Assembly: GCA_963807635.1 (NCBI GenBank)
Contig: CAWEDJ010000067.1
Span: forward strand, 32,001 to 96,000
Source of the DNA: an uncultured cyanobacterium
GTDB taxonomy: Bacteria > Cyanobacteriota > Cyanobacteriia > Cyanobacteriales > Microcystaceae
Direction: 5' to 3'
Length of the DNA: 64,000 nucleotides
The notes under the pieces are model-generated. The model did no database searches, was not told the DNA's origin, and worked only from the letters and a program-made list of their open reading frames with translations. The position numbers and the translations under genes were made by a program. Positions 1 through 9,781 of this stretch are shown in pieces. How positions within the stretch are numbered: position 1 is the first letter of the stretch; every line of letters begins with the position of its first letter.

Positions 1-2
1 TT

Positions 3-380
3 ATGTGCGCGGCCGTTGCTGATGTTAAACCTGCCCATTATGTTAGTTATAAACTCCCGAAAAAAGAGTTACCTTCCCATTTAGAATTACAATCCGTTCC
101 CGATATTGTGGCAAACTTAAGTGAATTAAAACAACCCCATCAATTGCTGATTGGTTTTGCTGCCCAAACGGGGGATATTATTCCACCTGCTCTCGATAAG
201 TTACACCGAAAAAATCTAGATTTTATTGTGGCAAACCCGATTGATCAACCGAATTCAGGTTTTGGGACAGATACTAATCAGGCAGTTATTCTGAATCAAC
301 AAGGTCAAACAAAAGCGATCGCGTCTTGCAGTAAGTTGGCATTAGCTCATCATCTTTATGATTTTATTTTGCAGAGTTAA
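3..380 (+). CDS. coaBC: Phosphopantothenoylcysteine decarboxylase/ligase, C-terminal part (runs in from the window edge)
   Basis: AAVAD, IGFAAQT, DFIVAN and GFGTDTN motifs of the CoaB domain. Confidence 0.9.
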   Translation: MCAAVADVKPAHYVSYKLPKKELPSHLELQSVPDIVANLSELKQPHQLLIGFAAQTGDIIPPALDKLHRKNLDFIVANPIDQPNSGFGTDTNQAVILNQQGQTKAIASCSKLALAHHLYDFILQS

Positions 381-526
381 AGTTAAGTTGGCGATCGCTG
401 GATTTCAGCTAATAAGGCTCATTTTGACTCGTTGATTAAGTGCGGTAGCAATTTTTTGTAGCATTATTAGGGGATTGTCTTGATAGTCAGCGTCCTCTAG
501 ATTTTCAATAACGGATTGTTCTACAA

Positions 527-876
527 ACCACGTTCCGCAGGTTCCAAAGAACTTTTAAACAATTTTAAAATCCTTACGGGGCAAGAGCTTTGCAAATTAC
601 TGTCTTGTTTACGAGCTTGTACTAAAACGAAAAAAAGGCTTGTCGTTATACTGAATTAAGAAAGCATCTTTTTACTGATGACCAATATTTTCCTTTTGCT
701 TGATGAGAAAATTAACAGTAGAGCAAAATATTTTTACCCCAAAAGCCTTCAAAGCTTTGTCAAATAAGGAATATAGCTTTTTCAAGAGTCTTACCTAATC
801 AAGGAATTAATCTACGGGGCGAAAAAGCAGTACAAATGTATTATCTCGTTCCTTGAGTCAACCTGCGGAATGCGGT
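527..876. mobile_element. Non-coding MITE-like element / internally deleted IS (IS1634-like ends)
   Basis: 17-bp imperfect terminal inverted repeats ACCACGTTCCGCAGGTT (527-543) and AACCTGCGGAATGCGGT (860-876), 15/17 match; no ORF of 60 aa or more inside. Confidence 0.6.
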
Positions 877-901
877 CTCTAACGGCGATCGCGGAGTAAT
901 T

Positions 902-1909
902 TTAGTAATTTTTCCTTCTGGACGATAGATGATGTATATTTTGTGATCGCTGAACGGTTTCTGAGGGTAATTCGCCGAAACGTTTTTGATAACTCTGACT
1001 ACATCTTCCCAAATGTCCAAACTGATATTTGATGATCAAATCCGTAATTCCTAAGGGTGGCATTACCTGTTTTAATTCTTGATGTAAGGCATCCAATCGT
1101 GCTTGTTTCAAAAATTGGAGCGGTGAACAGTCGTAATATTTTGCAAAAGAGCGTTGTAAAGAACGGCCACTTACCCCGATCGCCGAAGCAATATCTCCTA
1201 AACTAATCGGTTTTTGTAAATTTGCCATCATGAATTCCTGAGCCATTCTTACCGTGCGATCGCTAACTATTCCCTCATTTTTTTGAAGAAAAGCAGAATA
1301 ATTATGGGGATGATATTGCAGTAATCCCGTCACTAAAGTTTGTTCTAATTGGGGTAAAAATAGAGAGTTACAAGCCGTTGATTGCCAAGCAAATAGAATA
1401 AGTTCCTTAAGACTGTGACCAAAGACAGTGGTTAGATCCACTTCGGGCTGAAAAGTAATGAATGAATTGATGGATTTCCCTGATAAATTAGCTAATTCTT
1501 GATGTAATTTTTGGTAGGGAATACAGATAGAAATTCCCTGACCTCTCGAACTAATCTGACCCGTTAAGTCCTGTTGCGGACTAAATAAATGAGCTGTTGT
1601 GATGGAAGAAAATATTGGCTCAGACTGATTAATTCTTTCCTGAATAATTCCTTCTAGAGGAAGATAAAAAACGTATAAATCATCTGGCTGAAAACGGATT
1701 AATTTCTGCGCCCCTTGCCATTGTAAATAGACCATTGCTGATTGATGAAAGTTGGCATAATAATAACGAGTTAAAAAGGGAGAATTCGGTTCTAAAAATT
1801 CACTTTTGCAAGGGCCGATTAACTGCGTTAACATTACCTCCGCCTCTTCGTAATTATCACTTTCAAGCAGGGGAGTTCTATCTAGGGGGAACAATAATTG
1901 AGGATTCAT
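902..1909 (-). CDS. AraC-family transcriptional regulator (N-terminal ligand-binding domain plus C-terminal HTH)
   Basis: ISLGDIASAIGVSGRSLQRSF...SPLQFLKQARL...YQFGHLGR...FGELPSET; divergent from the porin/nitrile hydratase operon. Confidence 0.9.
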   Translation of the reverse strand: MNPQLLFPLDRTPLLESDNYEEAEVMLTQLIGPCKSEFLEPNSPFLTRYYYANFHQSAMVYLQWQGAQKLIRFQPDDLYVFYLPLEGIIQERINQSEPIFSSITTAHLFSPQQDLTGQISSRGQGISICIPYQKLHQELANLSGKSINSFITFQPEVDLTTVFGHSLKELILFAWQSTACNSLFLPQLEQTLVTGLLQYHPHNYSAFLQKNEGIVSDRTVRMAQEFMMANLQKPISLGDIASAIGVSGRSLQRSFAKYYDCSPLQFLKQARLDALHQELKQVMPPLGITDLIIKYQFGHLGRCSQSYQKRFGELPSETVQRSQNIHHLSSRRKNY

Positions 1910-1975
1910 TTAAAAACAGGAGCGAACGAAAAAGGAAGCAAAATTAAAAACTGATACAAAAGTTATATCGCTTTT

Positions 1976-2022
1976 TGTCCAAAAAACGACAACTTATCTC
2001 TAAAGTCGTCGCAAATTGGATA
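1976..2022. promoter_or_regulatory. Candidate AraC operator pair
   Basis: Two inverted copies of YGTCG-N6-GGAYA: TGTCCAAAAAACGACA (1976-1991, read on the minus strand) and CGTCGCAAATTGGATA (2007-2022), in the divergent promoter. Confidence 0.35.
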
Positions 2023-2122
2023 GCTTGCAACCAATAAACCCTATAGAGTGTTGGTTATGGGGTTTGCAGTGTACTCAAGAATTTGCCTCTAAACCCAATC
2101 TTCAACAAAAGGATAGGACATC

Positions 2123-2467
2123 ATGAAAAATTTAATCCCAGGAACGATCGCGGCTTTTGTATTAGCCTCTGTCAGTTTTGGTCTCGTCACTCAGCCTGCC
2201 TCTGCGGAAACCGTCAAGGGGATGGCGCAGAAGGGAGGGGCAAATTGCAAAATGAAAGCGGTAGATCAATTCAGTGTCCCGATGTCGGATGTGAGTGTCT
2301 CCTTGGGAGCAACCCTACAGGAGTCCATCGATAAGGGTGACATCACTTTAAATGACATCAAAAAGGATGGTTTAAGTTTTAATTGGGTGGTCACACGGGA
2401 CGGCAAAAAAATGGAAGGTTATTGTAATACCAACGGAAAAGGCAAGGTTACTGAATTTAGACAGTAA
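2123..2467 (+). CDS. Small secreted hypothetical protein (signal peptide, 2 Cys)
   Basis: RBS AGGA; hydrophobic N-terminus ending in ASA; Cys near each end of the mature domain. Confidence 0.75.
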   Translation: MKNLIPGTIAAFVLASVSFGLVTQPASAETVKGMAQKGGANCKMKAVDQFSVPMSDVSVSLGATLQESIDKGDITLNDIKKDGLSFNWVVTRDGKKMEGYCNTNGKGKVTEFRQ

Positions 2468-2562
2468 TATTCTGCTTTTTTAAAGCCAAAATTATAGTCT
2501 GGGAAGAGGATTAAAATTAAAACTCGTCCCATTTTTTATTAAATTGTGTGAGGAGCGAATTA

Positions 2563-4409
2563 ATGAAAAGTTTACTGATCAAAACCTTAAAAATATTTCC
2601 CCTAATCCTGGGCGGTTTTGGACTCATATTACCCGCCGCGATGTCGCAGACACACTTCGCGATCGCTGATGAATTATCGTCCCCAACGCCTGAAGTTCTA
2701 ACGGAAAAAGATCCTACCAACATAATGTTATCAACCCCTGAAGTTGATCCCTCCGCCAATCAACTTTTGCAACAAATTCAACGGCTAAGACAACCCAAAG
2801 GTTTTCAAGTTACGAATAATGATTTATCCCAGGTTACAGATGTAAACCAATTGCGGGATGTGGAGCCGACTGCTTGGTGTACGAAGCTCTCAAAAGTTTG
2901 GTGGAACGCTATGGCTGTATTGTGGGCTATCCCGATCGCACCTTTAGGGGAAATCGAGCGTTATCTCGTTGGGAATTTGCGGCGGGCTTAAATGCCTGTA
3001 TGAATACAATGGAGCGACTGCTTCAGGAAAATGTAGCAGTGTTACGGGAAGATTTAGATAAATTAAAACGATTAGCTCAGGATTTTGAAGTAGAATTAGC
3101 CGCAATGGGAGTAAGGGTAGATAACCTCGAAAGTCGGGTTTCCTATCTCGAAGATCATCAATTTTCTACGACGACTAAATTATTTGGAGTCGCGACCATG
3201 TATGTGGCAGGGGTGGCAGGAAATAGAACTGCAACGAGTAATATTATTACGGATCAAGGGAGAAAAACGCTCCGTCCTTCTGAACAGATACAACGTCAGG
3301 CAACCCTTCAATATTCCAGTTTATTATCCTTAACGACAAGTTTTAGTGGAACTGATAGTTTATCGGTTGATTTGTGGACAAGTAATTTAACCCCCTTTAG
3401 TTCTTCCCTCGCAGGTTTTACGACTAATGTGACGGGAAGTTATATGAGTCGTTTGTCCTTTGATGCACCGCCTTATAATAATAGTTTAGCGATCGCAGAT
3501 TTGATTTACAAATTCCGTCCCTTTGAGAATCTGTCTGTATTTATTGATGCCGTTGGTGGAGAAGTTTCAGGAGAATTATTAACATCAACTCAACCTTTTG
3601 CCATCTTTGCACCCTATACGGTTTCTATTAGCCGTTTCGGTCGTTTTGACCCCATTTATTATCAAACCTTAGCCCGCCCAGGGGTTGCCGCTAACTACAA
3701 ATTTAGTGATCAATTATCTTTAGGAGCAGGGTTCTATGGAGACTTTGATAATGGAAATCCCAAAACAGGTTTTTTCAACGGCGGTAATGCGGCGATCGCC
3801 CAGTTAGCCTATTTTCCCACCGACACCCTGGGCATGACCCTGGTTTATGTCCGTTCCTATAATCCTGCGGGGCCAGGGGTTGCCGTATCAGGTCAAACGG
3901 GCAGTTTGTACGCCGATCAACCCTTTGGAACGAGTTTCCTTCCCCCTGGGGCTTTTGGCAATCCCAATCCTGCTCCTGCTTCCATTGCCACTTCTGCTGA
4001 TCACACGACCTTTGGTTTTGGTTGGCGAGCATTGCCGGAATTAGCCTTTACAGGAGATATCGGTTTTGCTTTTGCCCACGCAGAACAAGCGAACCCCGCT
4101 TTTAATGTCAATGCTGGGGATAGTGCTACCATTTTTGAATGGAATTTTGGTCTATCTTTAATTGATTTATTTGGGCAAGGAAATGTCGGTTCTTTGATGA
4201 TTGGAAATCCCTATCGTGTGATTAGTCAAAGTAGTAGTGGTTTACGACCTGAAGGCGATACGACTTGGCATATTGAAGCGGCCTATAAATACAATCTCAA
4301 CAATAATATTTCGGTGCAACCAGGTTTTTTAGTGGTTATTCATCCTGAAAATAATAACAGTAATCCTCCTATTTGGATTTGGCAATTGAAAACCTCCTAT
4401 TTCTTTTAG
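2563..4409 (+). CDS. Cyanobacterial SLH-domain porin (OprB/SomA 'iron uptake porin' family); one frameshift at about 2877
   Basis: QVTDVNQLRDVEPTAW in one frame continues as VYEALKSLVERYGCIVGYPD...FAAGLNAC...QFSTTTKL in another; C-terminal F; AGGAG RBS before ATG 2563. Confidence 0.9.
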
Positions 4410-4490
4410 CAGTAGTTCTTAAATTTGAGGACTTAGAGACCAAGCCCCTAGCCAATTTCATTTTTACCTATTTTCTATCAACTATTCACT

Positions 4491-5476
4491 ATGAGCCAAA
4501 ACAATCATCCTTCCGAACCCCAAAATACAGAAGAAAAAACCAATGCTTCTCGTCGTAAATTTCTGCAAAATGTCGGATTAGCGGGATTGTCCGCAGGAGC
4601 CGCAACGGTAGCAGGTCAAGGGCTTTTAGAAGATGTCAGTGCTGAAACCCCCGTTAAAGATGTCGTCACTCCCGACGAATCGCGGGCCATGCACGGAGGT
4701 TCCCCTGTTGCAGACACGACCTTTAAAACTCCCGAAGGTAGTACAGAAGTCGTGCTTCCCCCGTTAAAAGAACGAGTGCTGGCCATTAAACAATTACTGA
4801 TTGAGAAAAAAATTGTCAGCGAAGAAGGAGTCCAAGGCTTTGTCAACTATTACGAAAAAGTGGTTGGCCCTCACTTCGGAGCCGCCGTTGTTGCCCATGC
4901 CTGGAAAAATCCTGACTGGAAAGCCAAACTATTAGCTCCACCAGCAGATAAACCTTTTCAAGCGGCCATTTTGATTCGAGATTTTTTATTTAACACGGTT
5001 AACCCTGATACGGGAAAACCCTATCTCAGTGATCAAATTACCTTTGGTCTAACGATTGGCCCGAAGGCGAATATATCCGTATTTTTGCCAACGGAGAACA
5101 GCAAGAAAATGGCAAAACTATCTTTGTTCATAATCTTGTTACTTGTACGGTTTGTTCCTGTTATCCTCAAGCCCTTTTAGGAACTCAGCCTATGTGGTAC
5201 AAATCCCAACAATACCGCGCTCGCAGTGTGTCCGATCCCTTTGGCGTATTGGTAGAATTTGCAGAAGATGCCCATAAAGGTAAAGCGGATCATTTGAAAC
5301 AATTTAAAGATTACACTGCTAAAATTGATGAGTTACGGGTTTGGGATTCTAACTCAGAAGTTCGTTTTTTTGTCATTCCAGAAATGCCGAAAGCCTGGGC
5401 AAATTTAAGTGAAAATGAATTGCGAAAACGGGTAACACGCAATGCCATGTTAGGAGCAGAAATTCTTTACAGTTAA
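4491..5476 (+). CDS. nthA: Cobalt-type nitrile hydratase-family alpha subunit with N-terminal Tat signal peptide; one frameshift at about 5061
   Basis: SRRKFL Tat motif; LLIEK...VGPHFGAAVVAHAW; after a -1 shift at 5060-5063 it reads HNLVTCTVCSCYP (5144-5164), in frame with WYKSQQYRAR...VWDSNSEVRFFVIP...VTRNAMLG. Confidence 0.88.
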
Positions 5477-5508
5477 CTTTTTGATTCACCATTTAAGGAG
5501 CAACAATT

Positions 5509-6331
5509 ATGGAAGGGCCACACTACAACGCAGGCTGGACGGGCTACGGCAAAATTCCCTTTAAAGATCAACCCGACAATCAAGCCTGGTTAGAAGAATG
5601 GGAAGGCCAACTGGGCGCGATGTTTGCGACGTTGAGTACCGTTTTTGAAAAGGGTTTAAAACCAGGTCAACCTGTTCCTTTTTGGGGCTTAGATGCGGCT
5701 CGTTGGGGTCGGGAAACCATGAATCCCCGCGATTACATGAATCGTAACTACGATGCTTTATGGTTGGAAACGTTATGTCTTTTAATCACAATGTATGGCG
5801 ATAAATTAGGCGTTTCTGTTGCCGAAATGGAAGCCCGAAAAATTACGACAGCTCCTGCCCAAAAACGTGCTAAAGCTATTCGAGATCAAGCTTTCAAAAA
5901 AGCTGTACCCTGGGGTGGGTCGTCCTGATGCAAAAGGATTATATCAATCGGAACAATATGATCCTGCGAAGGTGGGTTCTATTGAGGCTATTGGGGCTAA
6001 AGCTAAATTTAAAGTGGGCGATCGCGTGCAGTGTATTAATCAACTTTCCACAGGACATACCAGGGAATATCCCTATTTTCGTGGCAAAGTTGGGACAATT
6101 GTTGCGTACTACGGTTTAGCAGAAGAAAAACGCAACGAGAAAGGACAAATTGAATTTCAAGGAGTTTACTATGCTCCCTATCCTGATATTGCTTGTCGCG
6201 GTTTACAAAAGTTCTATACGCCTTTGTATAGCGTGCGCTTTGAAGGAAAAGATCTTTGGGGAGAAGAGTTTGTTGATCAGCGATCGGTTATCTATGCGGA
6301 TGTTTTTGAACCTTATGTGAAATTAGTCTAA
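5509..6331 (+). CDS. nthB: Nitrile hydratase-family beta subunit; frame break at about 5908-5921
   Basis: N-half MEGPH..GYG...EEWEG...LDAARW.RE.M.P..Y; C-half KFKVGDRV...GHTR..YFRGKVGTI...LYSVRF...LWG...DVFEPY (SH3-like). Confidence 0.85.
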
Positions 6332-6345
6332 TTAATGCAATCTCT

Positions 6346-6368
6346 GGGCGTAAGCCTTACGCCCCTAC
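6346..6368 (-). repeat. GTAG-type REP-like palindrome between nthB and the accessory gene
   Basis: GGGCGTAAG-C-CTTACGCCC followed by CTAC. Confidence 0.6.
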
Positions 6369-6399
6369 ACAATCAACTAATCAAGCTTTTTAAAAAATT

Positions 6400-6899
6400 A
6401 TGACAATTCTCGATCCGATTCTGGAAGAATTAACCCAAGAACCGATTCCCCCTTTATTGAAAGATGATGGCAACCCATTTTTCGAGATTCCTGGGAAGCT
6501 GAAGCTTTTGCGATCGGCAATTTGTTAATTAAACAAGGCTTTCTTTCCTGTTTAGAATGGGTGAATATTTTCAGTGAAGAAATTAAAAAAGCTCAAGTTC
6601 AGGGTGATCCCGATCGCGGCGATACCTACTATAGTCACTGGTTAAATGCCCTAGAAAGAGTATGTATCGAACGGGGTTTAACGGACTGGGAAACTTATCA
6701 GAAACAACTACAACTCTGGCATCAAGTGGTTTTAAATACGCCTCATGGTGTTCCCCTGGCGATCGAAAATGCCTATTTAGAAACCGACGATCACCACCCT
6801 CATCATGATCATTCCCATCATCACGGGCATCATCATCACCATCATTCAGACAAATTACCTGAAAATATGCTCAAACCTGTGGCAGTCTTCAAGCGGTAA
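6400..6899 (+). CDS. Nitrile hydratase accessory/activator protein (P14K/NhlE-like) with His-rich tail; frameshift at about 6469
   Basis: ATG 6400; after the shift PIFRDSWEAEAFAIG...YYSHWLNALE...TPHGVP; tail DHHPHHDHSHHHGHHHHHH. Confidence 0.85.
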
Positions 6900-7026
6900 A
6901 AATGATGGATTTCCTATAGTCACGGTTATTTTTGTTACAAAATCTCGTTGAATTGATTGATTATAATCACGAACGTGAGGTAACTCTCTCAAGTTTTTCC
7001 TTGACTAAACTTTTTTGAGCTTTTTT

Positions 7027-7491
7027 ATGGATTGTCGTCACATTCAGTTTTCTGTTGATAAAAACCTAATTGACTTGGGCCAACTACAATCTCTTTTTAA
7101 TGTGTCTGCTTTTTGGGCAAAGGATAGAAGTCTCCAGTCCCTCGAAATTGCGATCGCCCATAGTGAGCCTGTGGTAAGTGTGTGGGATCATTCCTGTCTG
7201 ATAGGATTTGCGAGGGCTACCTCTGACGGTATTTATCGAGCGACAATCTGGGATGTGGTCATCCATCCCGACTACCAAGGAGCAGGGTTAGGACGAAAAC
7301 TGGTACAAACGGTTTTAGCCCATCCCCATATCAATCGAGTCGAAAAAGTTTACCTAATGACCACGAACGAGCAGAATTTTTATAGCCGCATTGGTTTTGA
7401 GGAAAATCAGACCACCACAATGGTCATTAATCTTCAGCAAGGTTTGATCCAGCAGGAGTTGCTAATTGCAACACACCCTGTATCTGTGTAA
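7027..7491 (+). CDS. GNAT N-acetyltransferase (Ycf52-like)
   Basis: LIGFARATSDG...IWDVVIHPDYQGAGLGRKL. Confidence 0.9.
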   Translation: MDCRHIQFSVDKNLIDLGQLQSLFNVSAFWAKDRSLQSLEIAIAHSEPVVSVWDHSCLIGFARATSDGIYRATIWDVVIHPDYQGAGLGRKLVQTVLAHPHINRVEKVYLMTTNEQNFYSRIGFEENQTTTMVINLQQGLIQQELLIATHPVSV

Positions 7492-8245
7492 TCGTTTCCG
7501 TTGAATTCGCTTTATTGATAGATGAAAGAATCAGTTCACCGCCCATTTTTTGGAAGAGGATCTGGGCTAATAGGAATTTCATTTTAGGAGAATGATGGAG
7601 ATTTTCACTAAATTTTTTCCATTGTTCTATATTCTTTGTTTGGGTATCCAGGGGAGAATCAGGATCTTTTTGCCAACTTTCTAAGGGACAGGGAATATCT
7701 AGATCAATATGGGCTAAATTCTCCGTTTTATTGCCTTTAATGCTGACTTGAATCGATCCTTTAGTCATTTCTCGGATTCCCGTATCGATCAACATGACAA
7801 GGGTTTGTAAGAGGCGACCTTGATCGACTAAAACGTTAACAGGTGCAGAATCGGGAGTAATAACGACTTTTAAATTACGATTAGCAGATTGTAGCTTTGT
7901 AAGAGACTCTAATTCAAAACAAATTGAATTCAAATCAATAGGTTCCAGATTAAATGGCACTGCCCCGTAATCTAGTTTGGAAACTAGGATCAATTCATCA
8001 ATCATTTCCAATAATTTTTGGGCAGATTGATAGGCGTGTTCTAAAAATTGTTTTTCTTCTTCAGGATTTTCACAAAAATCAAATAAAATCAACTGATGTA
8101 AACTAATTAAGCTACTCAAGGGCGATCGCAACTCATGGGCGGCTCTTCCCAAAAAACCTGTTTTAAGTTGATTGATTTCCTGGGCCATTTGATAGGCGAT
8201 TTTGGTATTTTCTAATTCTGTGGTTAGTTGTTCAATATCACTCAT
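7427..8245 (-). CDS. HisKA-domain protein with degenerate ATPase domain
   Basis: H-box AHELRSPL intact; N and G boxes not recognisable. Confidence 0.75.
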   Translation of the reverse strand: MSDIEQLTTELENTKIAYQMAQEINQLKTGFLGRAAHELRSPLSSLISLHQLILFDFCENPEEEKQFLEHAYQSAQKLLEMIDELILVSKLDYGAVPFNLEPIDLNSICFELESLTKLQSANRNLKVVITPDSAPVNVLVDQGRLLQTLVMLIDTGIREMTKGSIQVSIKGNKTENLAHIDLDIPCPLESWQKDPDSPLDTQTKNIEQWKKFSENLHHSPKMKFLLAQILFQKMGGELILSSINKANSTETITQIQGVLQLATPAGSNLAED

Positions 8246-8857
8246 GAATTTGTTGAAAAGTTTTTAAATTATTGACTTGAAAAGTAACGCAACCGACACG
8301 TAAAGTTTTCCACCCGTGACCCGTCCATTGAATGACTGTTGAGGGTTTCCCGATCGCCTGAACGTCCTCTAAATTATCACAATTCAGGGTTGCTACGTCA
8401 GGAAAAACCTGAGCGATCGCTGACATTTGCATTAGGGGAGGTTGTCCCGACAGATTTGCGCTAGTTGTTGCTAACGGGCCAGTTTGAGCCAGGATGTCTA
8501 GGGCGATCGCAGAATCAGGAATGCGAATACCAATGGTTCCAGAATTCAGGGGATTCATCTCAGCAGGAACTTTCTCAGAAGCAGGTAAAACCAAGGTTAA
8601 TTGCCCTGGCCAATAATCTTCGGCGATCGCTTGCCAAATCCCTCTTTCCTCCTGTGTCCCCAGAACATAATCCCAAATTTCATTCACCGTTGCCGCCATT
8701 AAAATTAACGGTTTATCGGTCGCTCTTTGTTTGAGGTCAAAAATCAAATCGGCCTTTTGGGGTAAAACAGCTAAACCAGGCACCGTATCCGTCGGGAAGC
8801 TCACCACTTCCCCGCGATCGCCTTTTGAATTAATTCAGCTTGAGTAACTAAGGGCAT
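8238..8857 (-). CDS. tsaC: Threonylcarbamoyl-AMP synthase (Sua5/YrdC); frameshift at about 8811 near the N-terminus
   Basis: SFPTDTV.GL, K.R...KPL, YWPGQLTLVL, TTSANLSG; upstream ATG 8857 (MPLVTQAELIQKAIAG) joins after adding one G. Confidence 0.88.
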
Positions 8858-8875
8858 GGGAGAAATCTTTTAAAT

Positions 8876-9764
8876 TCAATAGGCCACAACAAAACGTTCG
8901 ATACCTGCTAAATCCTTTAAAAGTTGAATACCTTGATATTGTCCCTGATTTTCTAATAATTCGGCAACCCCAGGGAGCCTGACCTGCCATGATTTCCACT
9001 AGCCACAATCCCCCCGCAACCAGATAATCAGGAGCCGTTTCTACCAAATGACGAATGGCGACTAAACCATTTTCTCCGCCATCCAGGGCTAAATGGGGTT
9101 CATGCTGAGTGACTTCGGGTTGCAGGCCCGCAATCATTGAACTAGGGATATAGGGCGGATTAGAAATCATTCCCTGAATCTGTCCTTGGAAATGGGCCAA
9201 CGGTGTCCACCAAGAGCCAGAAAAAAACTCGATGCGATCGCCTAACCCATAACTTTGGGCATTTTCCTGGGCGATCGCCAAAGCGTCTAAACTGGTATCC
9301 ACCGCAAAAATCCTTGCTTCGGGAAAACAACGGGCTAATCCCAAGGCGATCGCGCCGCTTCCTGTGCCTAAATCCACCCAATTTCCCTGATTAAGCTGGG
9401 GATTAATCACTTTCTCCTGAGAGAGCCAATCAATGATTAATTCGGTTTCAGGACGGGGAATCAAAACGGCAGGGGATACTTTCAAAACAAAATCACGCCA
9501 AGGAGAAAGACCCGCCAGATATTGAATGGGACAGTTTTCCGTGAGACGGGTTTGCCATCGCTCGTTTAGAACTGACCAGGATTGGGGAATAGGAATCTGC
9601 GATCGCGACTCAAAAGAACCCAGACGGAGGGAAAGTTTATCCACATCCGTCCAAATTTGCAAGAGCCAGTCCACCTCATCAGGGGAGATTTCCTGCGCGA
9701 TCGCCGCTTGTCTTGCTTGTTTGCGCCAGACAGCCAATTCTTGACCAGAAACCCAAAAGGACAC
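8876..9764 (-). CDS. prmC: Release factor glutamine methyltransferase; frameshift at about 8970
   Basis: VLIPRPETE, DLGTGSGAIA, SNPPY, ALDGG; true C-terminus KDLAGIERFV lies in the adjacent frame, stop at 8876-8878. Confidence 0.92.
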
Positions 9765-9781
9765 TTTCGTCTTGCCAATAA

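Noticed and set aside
4491..5180. nthA fragment as an NHLP RiPP precursor (nitrile-hydratase leader peptide)
   Set aside because: The full metal-binding CxxCSC motif, a beta subunit and an activator are present; no GG cleavage/core peptide or YcaO/LanM genes nearby
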